Shown: in pieces, positions 1-10,183 of the stretch | Layout: each line of letters begins with the position of its first letter | Numbering within the stretch: position 1 is the stretch's first letter | Translations under genes and position numbers: made by a program | IMG/VR virus record: IMGVR_UViG_3300047323_000138 | Location: 1 to 64,000 of that record | Strand: one strand, 5' to 3' | From: a virus | DNA length: 64,000 nucleotides | The notes under the pieces: model-generated | Seen by the model: only the letters and a program-made list of their open reading frames with translations | The model's database searches: none | Told to the model about the DNA's origin: nothing

Positions 1-1
1 C

Positions 2-160
2 ATTGCAGCCACACTAGCTTTACTAGTCGTTGTACTAGTAGGAGGTTACGTTTACCTGAACAGTGAAGTAATCAAACAACAACGAGAAGAATTACGTACA
101 GCACCAAAGAAACATGTAGAGATGAAGTCTTTTGAGGTTTTGAGCAAACATACTGAGTAA
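2..160 (+). CDS. 3' end of a membrane-anchored hypothetical protein (truncated by window edge)
   Basis: Open frame IAATLALLVVVLVGGYVYLNSEVIKQQREE...KHTE-TAA ending at 160. Confidence 0.6.
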   Translation: MAATLALLVVVLVGGYVYLNSEVIKQQREELRTAPKKHVEMKSFEVLSKHTE

Positions 161-174
161 CTTTATTTTAGGTA

Positions 175-203
175 TAAAAATAGCCCGCCAAATGGCGGGC
201 TTA
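175..203. terminator. Intrinsic terminator at the end of the lysis operon (possibly bidirectional)
   Basis: agcccgcca-aa-tggcgggct hairpin between convergent genes; A-run upstream gives a U-tract on the minus strand. Confidence 0.8.
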
Positions 204-243
204 ATCTTGTCTGAAATAAGGTCAATGGCGTGACCTTTGTGCT

Positions 244-606
244 CTATGGAGCTTCTTGTTTTTGTACGGGTTCGCTGTTCTGATAAATAACAGCGTTGCT
301 TTGATTATTGTTTATAATCTTATTATTCTGTTTCTTGTCAGCTTGCAACAACCTCACTTGCTGTTCAAGAATATAAACTTTCTGACTCATGCCAATCTGA
401 TAAGAGTCTTGAGATTCCAATCCCTTGTTAATCTTAGTTTCAAGATACATAACATTGTTGGACATTACTTGCTGAGACTCCTTTCTCAAAGCCTCAACTT
501 CATTACTATTGCTATTTGAAGAATACCTGTCTGTAAGGATAACCAAAGCAGCTAGGAGTAATAGAAACTGGGAAGCTCTGTCAAGAAGTGTCCAGCCCAC
601 AGTCAC
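244..606 (-). CDS. Membrane-anchored coiled-coil hypothetical protein (lysis region)
   Basis: N-terminal TM segment, heptad-like region, GGAG RBS. Confidence 0.6.
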   Translation of the reverse strand: MTVGWTLLDRASQFLLLLAALVILTDRYSSNSNSNEVEALRKESQQVMSNNVMYLETKINKGLESQDSYQIGMSQKVYILEQQVRLLQADKKQNNKIINNNQSNAVIYQNSEPVQKQEAP

Positions 607-610
607 CTCC

Positions 611-886
611 TTATTGTTTCATTTGACGACCATAAGGGCTCTGTAAACTAATCAGAATATCTAACCTACCGTTTACGTCGGCGCGAATAGCTTCAACGCT
701 CTTGGTTAGACGATCTTCCAGTACTTTAGCTTTTTCTTCAGTAAACATCTGACCTTGCATGGTATACATTCGATCTTCCATCTTCTGTTGGGCGTTATAT
801 TGCCACCCAACAATAAGAAAGAGAGAACCTAGTGCAAGTTTCTCAAGAATAGCTGCAAGCTTAACTTCACTATTTGACTGTGTCAT
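611..886 (-). CDS. Single-TM coiled-coil hypothetical protein (lysis region); likely start MTQSNSEVK at 886
   Basis: GAGG RBS before ATG at 886; TM LALGSLFLIVGW. Confidence 0.6.
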   Translation of the reverse strand: MTQSNSEVKLAAILEKLALGSLFLIVGWQYNAQQKMEDRMYTMQGQMFTEEKAKVLEDRLTKSVEAIRADVNGRLDILISLQSPYGRQMKQ

Positions 887-1148
887 AAAGACCTCTTTGC
901 TTCTCAGTCCATTGTCTTTGCTTTTCAAGAAGCAACTTATAGTCAAACACACAACCCGTATTCTTCACATATCCAATACTCAAAGAACGTACAGTATCCC
1001 CAGCACTTGTAACCCCACAAGGGTCAACCATCAGACTATTTGGCATCAGAAGTGGAACCTCTTTGGTGATTATCACTTGCCTTGGAGAGCAGGCCAATAA
1101 GCTCAGAAGGCAACTTGCCATCAATATCCACAACATCAGATACTTCAT
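870..1148 (-). CDS. o-spanin (Rz1-like lipoprotein)
   Basis: Signal peptide with lipobox LLAC, Pro/Cys-rich mature part, overlaps the i-spanin 3' end. Confidence 0.75.
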   Translation of the reverse strand: MKYLMLWILMASCLLSLLACSPRQVIITKEVPLLMPNSLMVDPCGVTSAGDTVRSLSIGYVKNTGCVFDYKLLLEKQRQWTEKQRGLYDTVK

Positions 1149-1443
1149 CTTTTACTACCTTTTGAGATTTGCTAGGAAGCTTATCAATAGTTGCCACAGC
1201 GGTCTGAGTCTTATCTTGCTGAACTTGTTTCTCAGATTGATATTCAGACGTGATGGTGTCACTTATTTCACAAGATTTAATCTGTAAGTTGAGGGACTTT
1301 TCACTATCTGCAAGACGATCCTGAGCTTCATGGAGTGCTTGTACTGCTGCACCCTTTTGCTCGCTTAACTGGTAAGAAAGGTAGCCAAAGATTCCTGTAG
1401 AGCATATGAAGAATAGGAGAGCGCCAATAAGGATATTATTCAT
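1036..1443 (-). CDS. i-spanin (Rz-like); likely start MNNILIG at 1443
   Basis: N-terminal TM then periplasmic coiled coil; lies after endolysin/holin. Confidence 0.75.
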   Translation of the reverse strand: MNNILIGALLFFICSTGIFGYLSYQLSEQKGAAVQALHEAQDRLADSEKSLNLQIKSCEISDTITSEYQSEKQVQQDKTQTAVATIDKLPSKSQKVVKDEVSDVVDIDGKLPSELIGLLSKASDNHQRGSTSDAK

Positions 1444-1678
1444 TGTTGTGTTCTTCCTGAATATCATCTTCAAACTGTGCAATAAACTTACCAACAAATC
1501 CCAACACAGCAACTACAGTCATGGCGATTATGATGTACACAGGACTCAAAGAAACAAGTCCCATCCCCAGCATTATGCTAATACCATAAGACATAGAGAT
1601 GAGAAGATTAGCAATTAAGCTAAGTGCACTGTAGGAGCGTAGATGTTTACGCCAATCACTTATTACTTTCATAAACAT
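1436..1678 (-). CDS. Holin/pinholin
   Basis: 80 aa, two hydrophobic segments, charged C-tail, adjacent to SAR endolysin. Confidence 0.7.
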   Translation of the reverse strand: MFMKVISDWRKHLRSYSALSLIANLLISMSYGISIMLGMGLVSLSPVYIIIAMTVVAVLGFVGKFIAQFEDDIQEEHNNE

Positions 1679-2180
1679 CCTTAACTTTTAAAGGTACTTC
1701 ACCCATACAGAACTGATACTCTTTAGTTCGTCTAGTGACAAGACCGTTGAGTTTCTTACCTTTTGCATAAATCCACTTAGTAAGCTCTAAACAAGCCCCG
1801 CCATAATTACCAGCATTCAATCTCTTAAGCATTGTGCTTGAAGAGAAATTACCAATGCCAACATTATAAACAAATGAGAGCATTGCAGCATGTTGGTAAT
1901 CAGACTTGAAAGGAACCTTCACAACAGACATTAACTGTTTATCGTGTTTGATAAGGTCATCAGCAAACACTTTATCGCACTGATCTACAGTGAAGGTTTG
2001 TCCAAGCTTAAGTTCTGGTCCTACGTGCCCACGGCATGAAGTTATGATATTCACAGGGTCTAAGTAAGTTTTAGTTACTAGCCCCTCTGACGGGGCTATG
2101 AGAAAGGAGCCAGCTAGGGCGAGTGACGAGCCCAAACCAACCCCAAGAAGTTTTTTATACAAATTAGAGTTGGTTGACAT
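1656..2180 (-). CDS. SAR endolysin, GH24 (T4 lysozyme-like) muramidase
   Basis: Gly/Ala-rich N-terminal hydrophobic anchor, then E-x8-D-x5-T triad (EGLVTKTYLDPVNIIT); SFVYNVG and GLVTRR motifs. Confidence 0.9.
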   Translation of the reverse strand: MSTNSNLYKKLLGVGLGSSLALAGSFLIAPSEGLVTKTYLDPVNIITSCRGHVGPELKLGQTFTVDQCDKVFADDLIKHDKQLMSVVKVPFKSDYQHAAMLSFVYNVGIGNFSSSTMLKRLNAGNYGGACLELTKWIYAKGKKLNGLVTRRTKEYQFCMGEVPLKVKDVYESNK

Positions 2181-2189
2181 AGATAATCC

Positions 2190-2561
2190 TTATTCGTCAA
2201 GTGCTGCAAGTTGTGCTCGTAATACTACAGCCCTAGCTTCAAGAGCCTCTAGTTCAGCACGTTCAGCAGTGCCTTCACCAATTGCAGCATCTGCTATAAC
2301 GATCAATCTAAGATGCCTTGCACTATCTTTATCAATCTGATCAAGTTCATAAAGAATTGGTGGCCTTGGATCAACATATGGTGGCGGTGGGGCATTAAAT
2401 TGAGTACCATCCCAGATCCAACCAAGCGGGGGGAGTGGGTCTACATCTGTCACATCGATCCAAATAAGATCAGGTGGGAACATTGTTGTAATATCCCCCT
2501 CGGTTGAGAAATATTCAAAAGAGTTTCCATTTTCATCAACTCGGATATAAATTTTCAACAT
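2190..2561 (-). CDS. Tail fibre assembly/chaperone protein
   Basis: WIDVTDVDPLPPLGWIWDGTQF motif; directly downstream of the fibre gene. Confidence 0.7.
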   Translation of the reverse strand: MLKIYIRVDENGNSFEYFSTEGDITTMFPPDLIWIDVTDVDPLPPLGWIWDGTQFNAPPPPYVDPRPPILYELDQIDKDSARHLRLIVIADAAIGEGTAERAELEALEARAVVLRAQLAALDE

Positions 2562-3856
2562 TACTTGTACTCCCAAATTATTGCGATGCCATCAGCACCA
2601 TTACCACCCGGTCTTGCTGTTGCTTGAGATGGATTGTTACCTGAACCACCACCACCAGCACCCGGACCGCCGCCAGCAAAGCCAGTACCTGTCCCAGTAA
2701 CAGAGCCGTTACCGCCACCACCGAAAGGTCCGGGTGCTCCGGGACCACCTTGACTACCTGTAGTACTTGAGCCTGAAACCCCAATGGCGCCAGATGTACC
2801 AGATGAATTCAGGATATTGCCGGATACTGATGCGGTGCCACCATTACCACCCTTGGCAGTGAATACTACGTTACTAGGACCTTGGCTCTCACCACCAACA
2901 CCACCACCAGCACTTGCTAGTGCGCCGAAGGATGTCGATGATCCGGGATTCGTGCCTGTGGTTATACCAATACCACCTAAGCCAATAGTGACTGTTTGGC
3001 CACTGAAACCGGATGTCAATCTAGTTTTTGTATATGCCCCTGAACCACCACCACCACCTACAGTATACTGCCCTGCACCAGTTATCGCACAGCCACCACC
3101 GGCACCGCCGCCGCCAACAAGTTCAACGACAATCGATGTTGTACCCGGTGTTGGTGTGTAAGTGCCTGTTGTCGTGATGCGTTGGACACCAATAAGCCTT
3201 CCCGCGCTGCTGTTCCCACCAGAGCTGGCAATCATTACCCATGAACCACCACTAATAGATGTGTTCCACTGAAGCCAAACATCACCATTAGTTGCAATAG
3301 CACCAGAAGGTAGTGCAGCATGGTCAATACCAACAATAGCTGCTGCTGTAATAACCCCATTGTTCGGAGTAAAAGTAGAAGCACCAGTGTTAGCATTAAG
3401 AGCTTTAAACTTCAACACCATACCATCAACAAGTGTTTTTACTACCGGAACATAGTCAGCTTTGTAGGTGTTTGCTGTACCTGTATCCAATGCATAAATA
3501 GGGCTACCAGACTGGTTTCTGAAAGCTTGGCGCCAGTATGAATTAGTGGTATCTGTGGTTGGGTTTTGGTTAGTGCTGCTTTGCACAGCTTCGTAAATAA
3601 GACCATCACTACCTTGTACAAACGCTTTAGGGGCAGATGCAGTGAAGTAGTAATCTTGTGTACTAGACCAAACACTAATACCCTTTTGGAAGATATGAAC
3701 AAGAGCATTATCTTGACGATTCTGTGACCAGTTTTCCCACTGAAAAGGAGGTACTTCAGCAGTCCAACCTGTTTGAATTTTAACATTACTTGGGGACACA
3801 ATGGAGCCGCCGGACGCCCATTGGTAAGTAAAGTCTGGACGAGAAATCTCAGTCAT
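2561..3856 (-). CDS. Tail fibre protein with glycine-rich C-terminal domain
   Basis: N-terminal KIQTGW..EVPPFQWENW baseplate anchor, small carbohydrate-binding-like module, GTYTPTPGT..VELVGGGGAGGG Gly-rich domain. Confidence 0.85.
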   Translation of the reverse strand: MTEISRPDFTYQWASGGSIVSPSNVKIQTGWTAEVPPFQWENWSQNRQDNALVHIFQKGISVWSSTQDYYFTASAPKAFVQGSDGLIYEAVQSSTNQNPTTDTTNSYWRQAFRNQSGSPIYALDTGTANTYKADYVPVVKTLVDGMVLKFKALNANTGASTFTPNNGVITAAAIVGIDHAALPSGAIATNGDVWLQWNTSISGGSWVMIASSGGNSSAGRLIGVQRITTTGTYTPTPGTTSIVVELVGGGGAGGGCAITGAGQYTVGGGGGSGAYTKTRLTSGFSGQTVTIGLGGIGITTGTNPGSSTSFGALASAGGGVGGESQGPSNVVFTAKGGNGGTASVSGNILNSSGTSGAIGVSGSSTTGSQGGPGAPGPFGGGGNGSVTGTGTGFAGGGPGAGGGGSGNNPSQATARPGGNGADGIAIIWEYK

Positions 3857-3873
3857 TTAAATATTTTTCCTTA

Positions 3874-4617
3874 TTAAAGAAGTTGGCCATACTGACCACC
3901 AACCGATAAATCGCTTAAATCTCCATAGCCTCTGGCATTAGGAGCACCCTGAAAACCAAAGAAGTTTTCAGCAATAAATTCACCAAAGTTAACTCTTACG
4001 CCAATTGGTTTTGGAACAAACCTTGAGGGATATCCTGAAGAATATGATGTGTAGTTCAGCAAGACTTTTTCAAAAGAGGAAAGCTCTCTCCCCATCATCA
4101 AAGTGAATTCAGCATTCCCTTCAGCAACAACCAAGTTAATATCAATACCAAATACGAATTGCATGAACTCAATGAATTGATTTGGAGTTGCATTTGTACT
4201 ATTCTTAATAATCTTAGCTTTGATGAACAAACGATATTGTTCATCTGTTAACAAAGTGTTCCCAGCTAAAGGATTATTGATGTCATAATAAGGACCACCA
4301 AGTGCAGGATTACCTAAGTCACCATAAGACTGAGCATCTGGATAACCTTGGAAAGCAAAGAAGGTTAACAGTGCAGTGTCAATAAGCTCTCTTGGTTGAC
4401 CAACAATATCTCCAATAATATCTAATTGAGCGCCTGTCGCAGTATCAATTGATCGCTCTTGCATAAGCTGACGAAAGACTTCTTGAAGCTCAATCTTTCC
4501 GCCGAGGAGGAGTTGGAGATAGCGGTCGAATATGGGCTTTTCAACAAACTGCTCAGTTACACGAGAACGAGCAACAGAAAGGTAATCTTCAATATTAAAA
4601 ACATTGAGTTCAGACAT
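3874..4617 (-). CDS. Baseplate wedge protein (DUF2612-like)
   Basis: ATGAQLDIIGDIVG and LTDEQYRLFIKAKI motifs; follows baseplate J. Confidence 0.8.
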   Translation of the reverse strand: MSELNVFNIEDYLSVARSRVTEQFVEKPIFDRYLQLLLGGKIELQEVFRQLMQERSIDTATGAQLDIIGDIVGQPRELIDTALLTFFAFQGYPDAQSYGDLGNPALGGPYYDINNPLAGNTLLTDEQYRLFIKAKIIKNSTNATPNQFIEFMQFVFGIDINLVVAEGNAEFTLMMGRELSSFEKVLLNYTSYSSGYPSRFVPKPIGVRVNFGEFIAENFFGFQGAPNARGYGDLSDLSVGGQYGQLL

Positions 4618-4626
4618 GAAGACTCC

Positions 4627-6066
4627 TTATGTGATCACGATATTAACACTCGACAATGAAGCAATCGAGGAGAATGGAATAACAATATTAGTTGTACCTG
4701 TTGGACTAGGTGCAGTACCAATCTTCAAGGAAACAACCTCGTGACCCGGAATGCTGTTAATCGGCGTATACAAGCGACTATAAATAACATCGTCACCAGT
4801 ACCAAGATTAGCTGCAAAGTAGTCAAGCAATGCCGTCTGAATAGCTGCATTACCATTAGCTGGGAAATTCACATCTGTGGTAATATCGATGCTGATGTAG
4901 ATAACAACAGGAGTTGGTCGAGAAAAACTTACGTTGTGAGCAAACCCTTGGACATCGTTGATACTTACAGTTGTATTACCGTAACTCAGAATACCAATTG
5001 GTTTGTTATCCCAAATAGCATTAGCAATGTCTGTAGACAAACCACCAACCACGATTGGAAGGAAGCTGTGTGCAGGAACACCGTTACCATCTACAACACT
5101 TGTATCATTCTCGTAAATAGTTACTTCGCTAACATTACCAAGATTGATAAGTGCAGAGTAGATAGCATCTAGTGTATTGGTTGCACGATCAAACTTACCA
5201 TTACGAAAGCGTAAACGAAGCTCTTCGTCTGTCTCACGATCTTCACCGGGAGTTGCTGCAATTGGGTTGATTACACTGTCCCAACCAAGCATCGGTGTGA
5301 GGATAGTGTCAACGGTGTTTGCAGGCTGTACGATAATGCCGGAATTAACAGCAACAACTTCACCAACTGTTCGTACTTTGTTAATACCAAGATTAACAGA
5401 TGTTGTAAAGTTAACAGTCTGGAAGATATCTAAACGATCAATTACAAGAGTCGTTCCAACAACAGAAGAAGTCAGTGTTGGATGAGCACCAGCAATAACG
5501 CCTTGCAACCCAGCCAAGATTTCAGCTACAGTAGCACTTGCATCAGATGTAAATGTGATGGTGTTAGAGGTTGTTGTATTGGTATAAGTGATAGTGTAAG
5601 CTGTGCTATTCTGTAGGGTGACAACTGATACGGTGATGCCACTAGCGTTGCTGGCAGCTAGAGAAATAGCGCCAACTGTAGTAAATTGTTCACCAGTTGT
5701 AGAGCTACTTACTGTCTGTCCAACAGGGATCAGTGTATTAGTGTCACCAGCAACAAGAATAGAGGAAGTGGTAAAGGTTTGTTCTTTACGTGTAATACTA
5801 GCGTATGCTACCAGATTATCTAGAGCAATCCCTGTTGCAGCGTTTGGATCAAACGCTGCATATACTTCCTGGGCAGCTTCCCAAAGGTCAGCTTCGGAGG
5901 GGGCTGCTAGGGAGATGAGGCGACCTAGAGCGGAGGAGTCTGATACGTCAACCGTATCACCGGGAATCGTCAAATCTTGAAATAATTGAACAGCCAAGGC
6001 CCTGTCATCAGCAAGGATATCAGCCAATCTTTTTATAATAAATCCCTGATCAGTAATACCTGCCAT
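4627..6066 (-). CDS. Baseplate J-like wedge protein
   Basis: ATGIALDNL, GEDRETDEELRLR and NGVPAHS motifs. Confidence 0.88.
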   Translation of the reverse strand: MAGITDQGFIIKRLADILADDRALAVQLFQDLTIPGDTVDVSDSSALGRLISLAAPSEADLWEAAQEVYAAFDPNAATGIALDNLVAYASITRKEQTFTTSSILVAGDTNTLIPVGQTVSSSTTGEQFTTVGAISLAASNASGITVSVVTLQNSTAYTITYTNTTTSNTITFTSDASATVAEILAGLQGVIAGAHPTLTSSVVGTTLVIDRLDIFQTVNFTTSVNLGINKVRTVGEVVAVNSGIIVQPANTVDTILTPMLGWDSVINPIAATPGEDRETDEELRLRFRNGKFDRATNTLDAIYSALINLGNVSEVTIYENDTSVVDGNGVPAHSFLPIVVGGLSTDIANAIWDNKPIGILSYGNTTVSINDVQGFAHNVSFSRPTPVVIYISIDITTDVNFPANGNAAIQTALLDYFAANLGTGDDVIYSRLYTPINSIPGHEVVSLKIGTAPSPTGTTNIVIPFSSIASLSSVNIVIT

Positions 6067-7003
6067 TAGCTAGATCCTTATACTGGTTTGTTTGAAAATC
6101 TACTAGTTCCCCCAAATCTGTAATAGATATGGTTTCAGTAAATCCGCTGGGAAGTTCCCATTGTGAAAAATATGAACCGAATGTTTTCCTAATCAACCTT
6201 TCATGTAGCTGGGCATCGAGACCTGTTGAATAATCCCAAGAGTAAGCTAATTCAAAATTAATATCTAATGGACGACAGTCTCTTTTGTGTTCGTAAAGAC
6301 GTCTTTCAATATCACAAGTAATCCCGTACTTATAACCTTGTAAGATATTATCTTCAGAAATCACTCGTAGAATATATAGCTTTGCTGGTAACGAAGGGTT
6401 GAAGCCTGAAAAGGCACAGTGAGGACAGGCACAGTTTCTCCTAATACTGCCTATTTTAGTTATCCAATCCTTACCACAAAAATCGCAATTAAGACTAAAC
6501 TCTATTTCTCTGACCCTTTTCTCGATCTTGTAATCTACAAAGTTAACTGTAAAATTATTCTTCTGACCTTTTTCAGAAACCTTATTAAAAAGATCTTCTT
6601 TAGATGGACGAGTGTTGTTTGCACAAACCCTACAACCTTTTTGACTAAAAGCAACGCCACTGTAAGTACCTTCCCAGTGGAAGTCACAAGTATTACATTT
6701 TAGTTTTATAGGGTCGTGGGACTTACCAATAACTTCGTCTAATAGGGTAATACCAAGTTTATTAAGAATCGGCAACATTCTTTCAATTTTTCTCTCAGAG
6801 TTCGTGCCAAACTTACCACTACAAATACAAGGCTTCCGGCCTGATAAAATTGAAGCTGCTGTTACAGTGGAAACCAGAGAACAGATAATACATTTAACGG
6901 TAAACCTTGATCGTTGATTTTTGCCAAACTCTAGAACTTCGTAATTAGCCCCATTTTGGGAGTAAATACTATTTTTATAATACTCTGATAAAAGCATATT
7001 CAA
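6050..7003 (-). CDS. Free-standing homing endonuclease: multiple CxxC zinc ribbons plus C-terminal GIY-YIG-like domain
   Basis: Repeated CxxC pairs; LYILRV...YKYGITCDIERRLYEH...HE core; AT-rich insert between baseplate genes. Confidence 0.7.
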   Translation of the reverse strand: MNMLLSEYYKNSIYSQNGANYEVLEFGKNQRSRFTVKCIICSLVSTVTAASILSGRKPCICSGKFGTNSERKIERMLPILNKLGITLLDEVIGKSHDPIKLKCNTCDFHWEGTYSGVAFSQKGCRVCANNTRPSKEDLFNKVSEKGQKNNFTVNFVDYKIEKRVREIEFSLNCDFCGKDWITKIGSIRRNCACPHCAFSGFNPSLPAKLYILRVISEDNILQGYKYGITCDIERRLYEHKRDCRPLDINFELAYSWDYSTGLDAQLHERLIRKTFGSYFSQWELPSGFTETISITDLGELVDFQTNQYKDLANGRYY

Positions 7004-7374
7004 TTCAACGGGTCAAGGGAAATAGGCGCTGTAATTTCTCCAGTAACAACTCTTACACTGAACACTAGAGAATATTTACGATTTACAAAAGTAGAATTAA
7101 AGGTTACAATTTCTTTAACTCCTTGCTCTTTAAGGATTTCGGTTTGGAAAATCAAATCAGCCGATGCTTTAGAAGTTTGCTTCTTGCCCAGCAGTCTTTG
7201 GAACCATGGCACACCATAAGTAGTGTCCAAAAACCATTCTTCACGAAACGTAAGTAAGCGAATCTTTAATCTTTGCCCGACAGTCTCAGTAAGTGGTTGA
7301 GTTGTATCTTCTTTCAGCAATGGCCCATTGTGCCAGATTATATCCCAAGATGTGGGATCAAGTTTGAAATCTAT
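7000..7374 (-). CDS. Baseplate wedge/sheath-initiator protein (gp25/gp46-like); probable ATA start at 7374
   Basis: QRLKIRLLTFREEWFLDTTYGVPW motif; GGAGGT RBS 5 nt before in-frame ATA GAT TTC AAA CTT GAT. Confidence 0.75.
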   Translation of the reverse strand: MDFKLDPTSWDIIWHNGPLLKEDTTQPLTETVGQRLKIRLLTFREEWFLDTTYGVPWFQRLLGKKQTSKASADLIFQTEILKEQGVKEIVTFNSTFVNRKYSLVFSVRVVTGEITAPISLDPLN

Positions 7375-7385
7375 GATACACCTCC

Positions 7386-8174
7386 TTAGTTTGTACTTGG
7401 ACCAGATGTGCCTGCACCTGTAGTTACGCCAGTATGCTTGTGCAAGTTAATATTGATGCCGCTAAGTGTGTAGGTGCCGGTCTGTACGTAACTACCAACT
7501 TGGGTAATATTACCCTGAAAGGTCAAATCACCTATCCAGAGTGCCGATGTGGCATCAACAGTCAAACTTGGAGTATTCAAAGATAGGCTAGTGGCGGCAT
7601 TGATGGTTACATCAGAGCCTTCAATAATCACAGGCATATTGCTGGTTGTAATACCAATACTACCATCGGCTCTAATTCTAATCTCTGCCTCCGCACCACC
7701 CAAGTTTCCAAATAAAACAGTATCTTTAGTGTCGTGAGTGAGTACATGTTTTGCTGGATTGTTGACTGCTATTCCCGGAGGTTGGATACCCGGCAGGAAA
7801 ATTGCATCACTCTTATCCATCTTGGCAAAGTTTGTGGGGCTAGATGGTCGTCCATTTCCACCTTTCCAGCCATCCATGTTCCTCATAGAGAACATGGCGG
7901 TCCCCGTATCACCCACCTCGATAGGGAAAGTGAAGCCAGACTTTTTAGATACTTGAAAGGACACAGGAACGCCGGGTATAACCGCTCGCTCTTTAACAGT
8001 GCCATCTTGCTCCAGCTGATTAATGGTTGGCTGTATATCAACCATTTGACCGTTCAAACCATCCCTGACAGCTACGACAATACAAGGTATAATGGTGTAC
8101 TTGTTATTCATCAAACTATCAAATGCACCAGTCATTGTGCTTTGAATAGCTGCTACGGCTTCAGAACTCATCAC
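7386..8174 (-). CDS. Baseplate central spike (gp138/gpV-like)
   Basis: OB-fold N-terminus (VDIQP..FTFPIEVGD) and C-terminal HKH metal-binding tip. Confidence 0.85.
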   Translation of the reverse strand: MMSSEAVAAIQSTMTGAFDSLMNNKYTIIPCIVVAVRDGLNGQMVDIQPTINQLEQDGTVKERAVIPGVPVSFQVSKKSGFTFPIEVGDTGTAMFSMRNMDGWKGGNGRPSSPTNFAKMDKSDAIFLPGIQPPGIAVNNPAKHVLTHDTKDTVLFGNLGGAEAEIRIRADGSIGITTSNMPVIIEGSDVTINAATSLSLNTPSLTVDATSALWIGDLTFQGNITQVGSYVQTGTYTLSGININLHKHTGVTTGAGTSGPSTN

Positions 8175-9070
8175 TTAGCTCCAGATTGAACTACTTTCTC
8201 TAAACTCACGGCTTTAATCTCCGTATACCAACCTGACGAACGCCATCCTCCAGAGTGTCTAAGAGATTCAACCTTAAGCCAACCTGTGATGAGAGTATCT
8301 TCTAGATATATAATATCCCCAGCTTTGATATCTGGATTAAGAAGGATTTTCATCTGAATTCCGGGCTTCTTAGCTTTGTCCTTTTTCGATCTACGACGGT
8401 CACCAGAAACTCTATAAGGAGTTTCAATCAAACCCGTATACTTAGAAATAACATAGGCTTGATTAAAGTTCTCAGTGGCTGCACGGTCATTGTTGTGAAC
8501 ATACAAAACACCATCATCAATCTGAGTATCTAGAGCATATTTTTCAGCAAGTTCATCCAACATTTCTTTAGGCGTTCCCATGAGAGGATAGCCGTATATA
8601 ATCTCATTACTAAGATTTGTACCGTTGTACACGCCACGAGAAACACCGGGAAGGTTCTTGCGAATAGCTTCAGCTACATCTTTTACGGTCTGTCCGGGGG
8701 CTACAAGCTCAGAAAGAATTTGATGGTTGAGTTCTACGTAGCCATCCCCAAGTTGTATTTGTGTAATCCGATCCGTACCAGACTTCCTTGTAGAGACATG
8801 GGTAACTTGACCAGAGAAGAGTCGTTTAGGGCCGCCAGTATCAAGATAGCCTGCCTCAAATACTGCTGCCGGATAATCCGTATCAAGCAATCTGATATGT
8901 TCAAGAGATAAGTTCGTAACTTCAATAGAAGCAGAATTCGTCCTTTTCTTATTATCCGTACTTTTACTAATATCAAATTGAACTTGAAGGTCAGTGATTT
9001 CTAATGCTTCACCAGAGTTATAGTCACCAATTATTAGTCTATACTGGCGGTTTCTCTGGATTAAGTCCAT
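8171..9070 (-). CDS. Baseplate hub protein
   Basis: LFSGQVTHVS, TQIDDGVLYV, TGLIETP and LLNPDI motifs; position. Confidence 0.75.
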   Translation of the reverse strand: MDLIQRNRQYRLIIGDYNSGEALEITDLQVQFDISKSTDNKKRTNSASIEVTNLSLEHIRLLDTDYPAAVFEAGYLDTGGPKRLFSGQVTHVSTRKSGTDRITQIQLGDGYVELNHQILSELVAPGQTVKDVAEAIRKNLPGVSRGVYNGTNLSNEIIYGYPLMGTPKEMLDELAEKYALDTQIDDGVLYVHNNDRAATENFNQAYVISKYTGLIETPYRVSGDRRRSKKDKAKKPGIQMKILLNPDIKAGDIIYLEDTLITGWLKVESLRHSGGWRSSGWYTEIKAVSLEKVVQSGAK

Positions 9071-9405
9071 TAGTCTTCCTCTGTGTAGATATAGAAAAGA
9101 TTATAATATTGATCAATTGAATCAGGATAAACTTTATAAGGTTCACTAATAATATCTGCTTTCTCTTCCATCCAGATAAATCCTGTCAACGGAAAGATTG
9201 CATAGTCCAAGAATATTGGATAATTAGGAACTAGAGCTTCACCTAAAACAACAGGATTGTTATCAGCATCATACAAATTGATAAAGTACAGCTTAGCCCT
9301 TTCATTATAGATAAACTCAAAGATGTATGAGTCACCTTGAAAGGCTATGGTATAAGTGTAATATGTGTCACCAAACAAAGGCATTGCTATATATTTATCA
9401 GCCAT
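9070..9405 (-). CDS. Small baseplate protein
   Basis: Position in baseplate cluster; YNER..YFINLYD motif. Confidence 0.6.
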   Translation of the reverse strand: MADKYIAMPLFGDTYYTYTIAFQGDSYIFEFIYNERAKLYFINLYDADNNPVVLGEALVPNYPIFLDYAIFPLTGFIWMEEKADIISEPYKVYPDSIDQYYNLFYIYTEED

Positions 9406-10183
9406 TAGCTCTTGCCTGCCTTAGCGGGTCAGTGTCTTTAGGGGAGTTACCACTACCAACATCTTGTGGTGTACTGTCTTGTTTACCTTTAGAGTTCTTA
9501 CTAGAAGCTTTCTTTTTCAAAGCATCCTGCACATCTTTGGGAATGACAGTTTTCTTCAAGAAAGCAAAAGTAACTTGCTCAAACGTGATGTCACAATAAA
9601 GACCATACCCAGTGTTAGGATCTTCTTTGAAAGTAATCTTAGTCATTACAAGATTATTGATTACTTTACGTAGCAGTGTGTTATCATACTCAAACAAGCG
9701 TACGAGCTGAATACTCGGATCAAATTGACCGGTCTTGTCGTTAAAAACAACACCGGCAGTAAGATCAATAAGAGCTTGTCTAATCTGCTCAATAAGATCA
9801 GCACGCCTACTATCAATAACTACTTCAGGAGTACTGTCTGACAGAAACTGACCAATGCTGTCCGGGATAAACTTCTTCAAGACACTTTGATCTGTGGAGT
9901 TTACACTAACAGCATTAGGAGCTTCGTTACTGTTGTAAGGGTTGTTGCCATCCAAGTCTTGAATTAGGTAAGTACCAGTAGAGATATCTACACCAGTAAT
10001 TACGGCACCAATTGTAAAGGTGGGATTATTACGGATAAAGTGATCAGTAACATTAGATCCGCCGTCAATTGGGTGTTTTGTCACACTACCAGTATAACTT
10101 TGAGTGTACGCGACCGTCGCATCCAGATAGATGAATCCGCCATCTTGAATTGAGGAGTCACCCCATTGAATACTAAGAGACAT
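9398..10183 (-). CDS. Tail tube initiator/Dit-like baseplate protein
   Basis: VTKHPIDGGSNVTDH motif; lies downstream of tape measure. Confidence 0.7.
   Translation of the reverse strand: MSLSIQWGDSSIQDGGFIYLDATVAYTQSYTGSVTKHPIDGGSNVTDHFIRNNPTFTIGAVITGVDISTGTYLIQDLDGNNPYNSNEAPNAVSVNSTDQSVLKKFIPDSIGQFLSDSTPEVVIDSRRADLIEQIRQALIDLTAGVVFNDKTGQFDPSIQLVRLFEYDNTLLRKVINNLVMTKITFKEDPNTGYGLYCDITFEQVTFAFLKKTVIPKDVQDALKKKASSKNSKGKQDSTPQDVGSGNSPKDTDPLRQARANG

Noticed and set aside
1670-1678. Dual-start (Met-Phe-Met-Lys) holin/antiholin motif
   Set aside because: No positively charged residue between the two starts; evidence too weak
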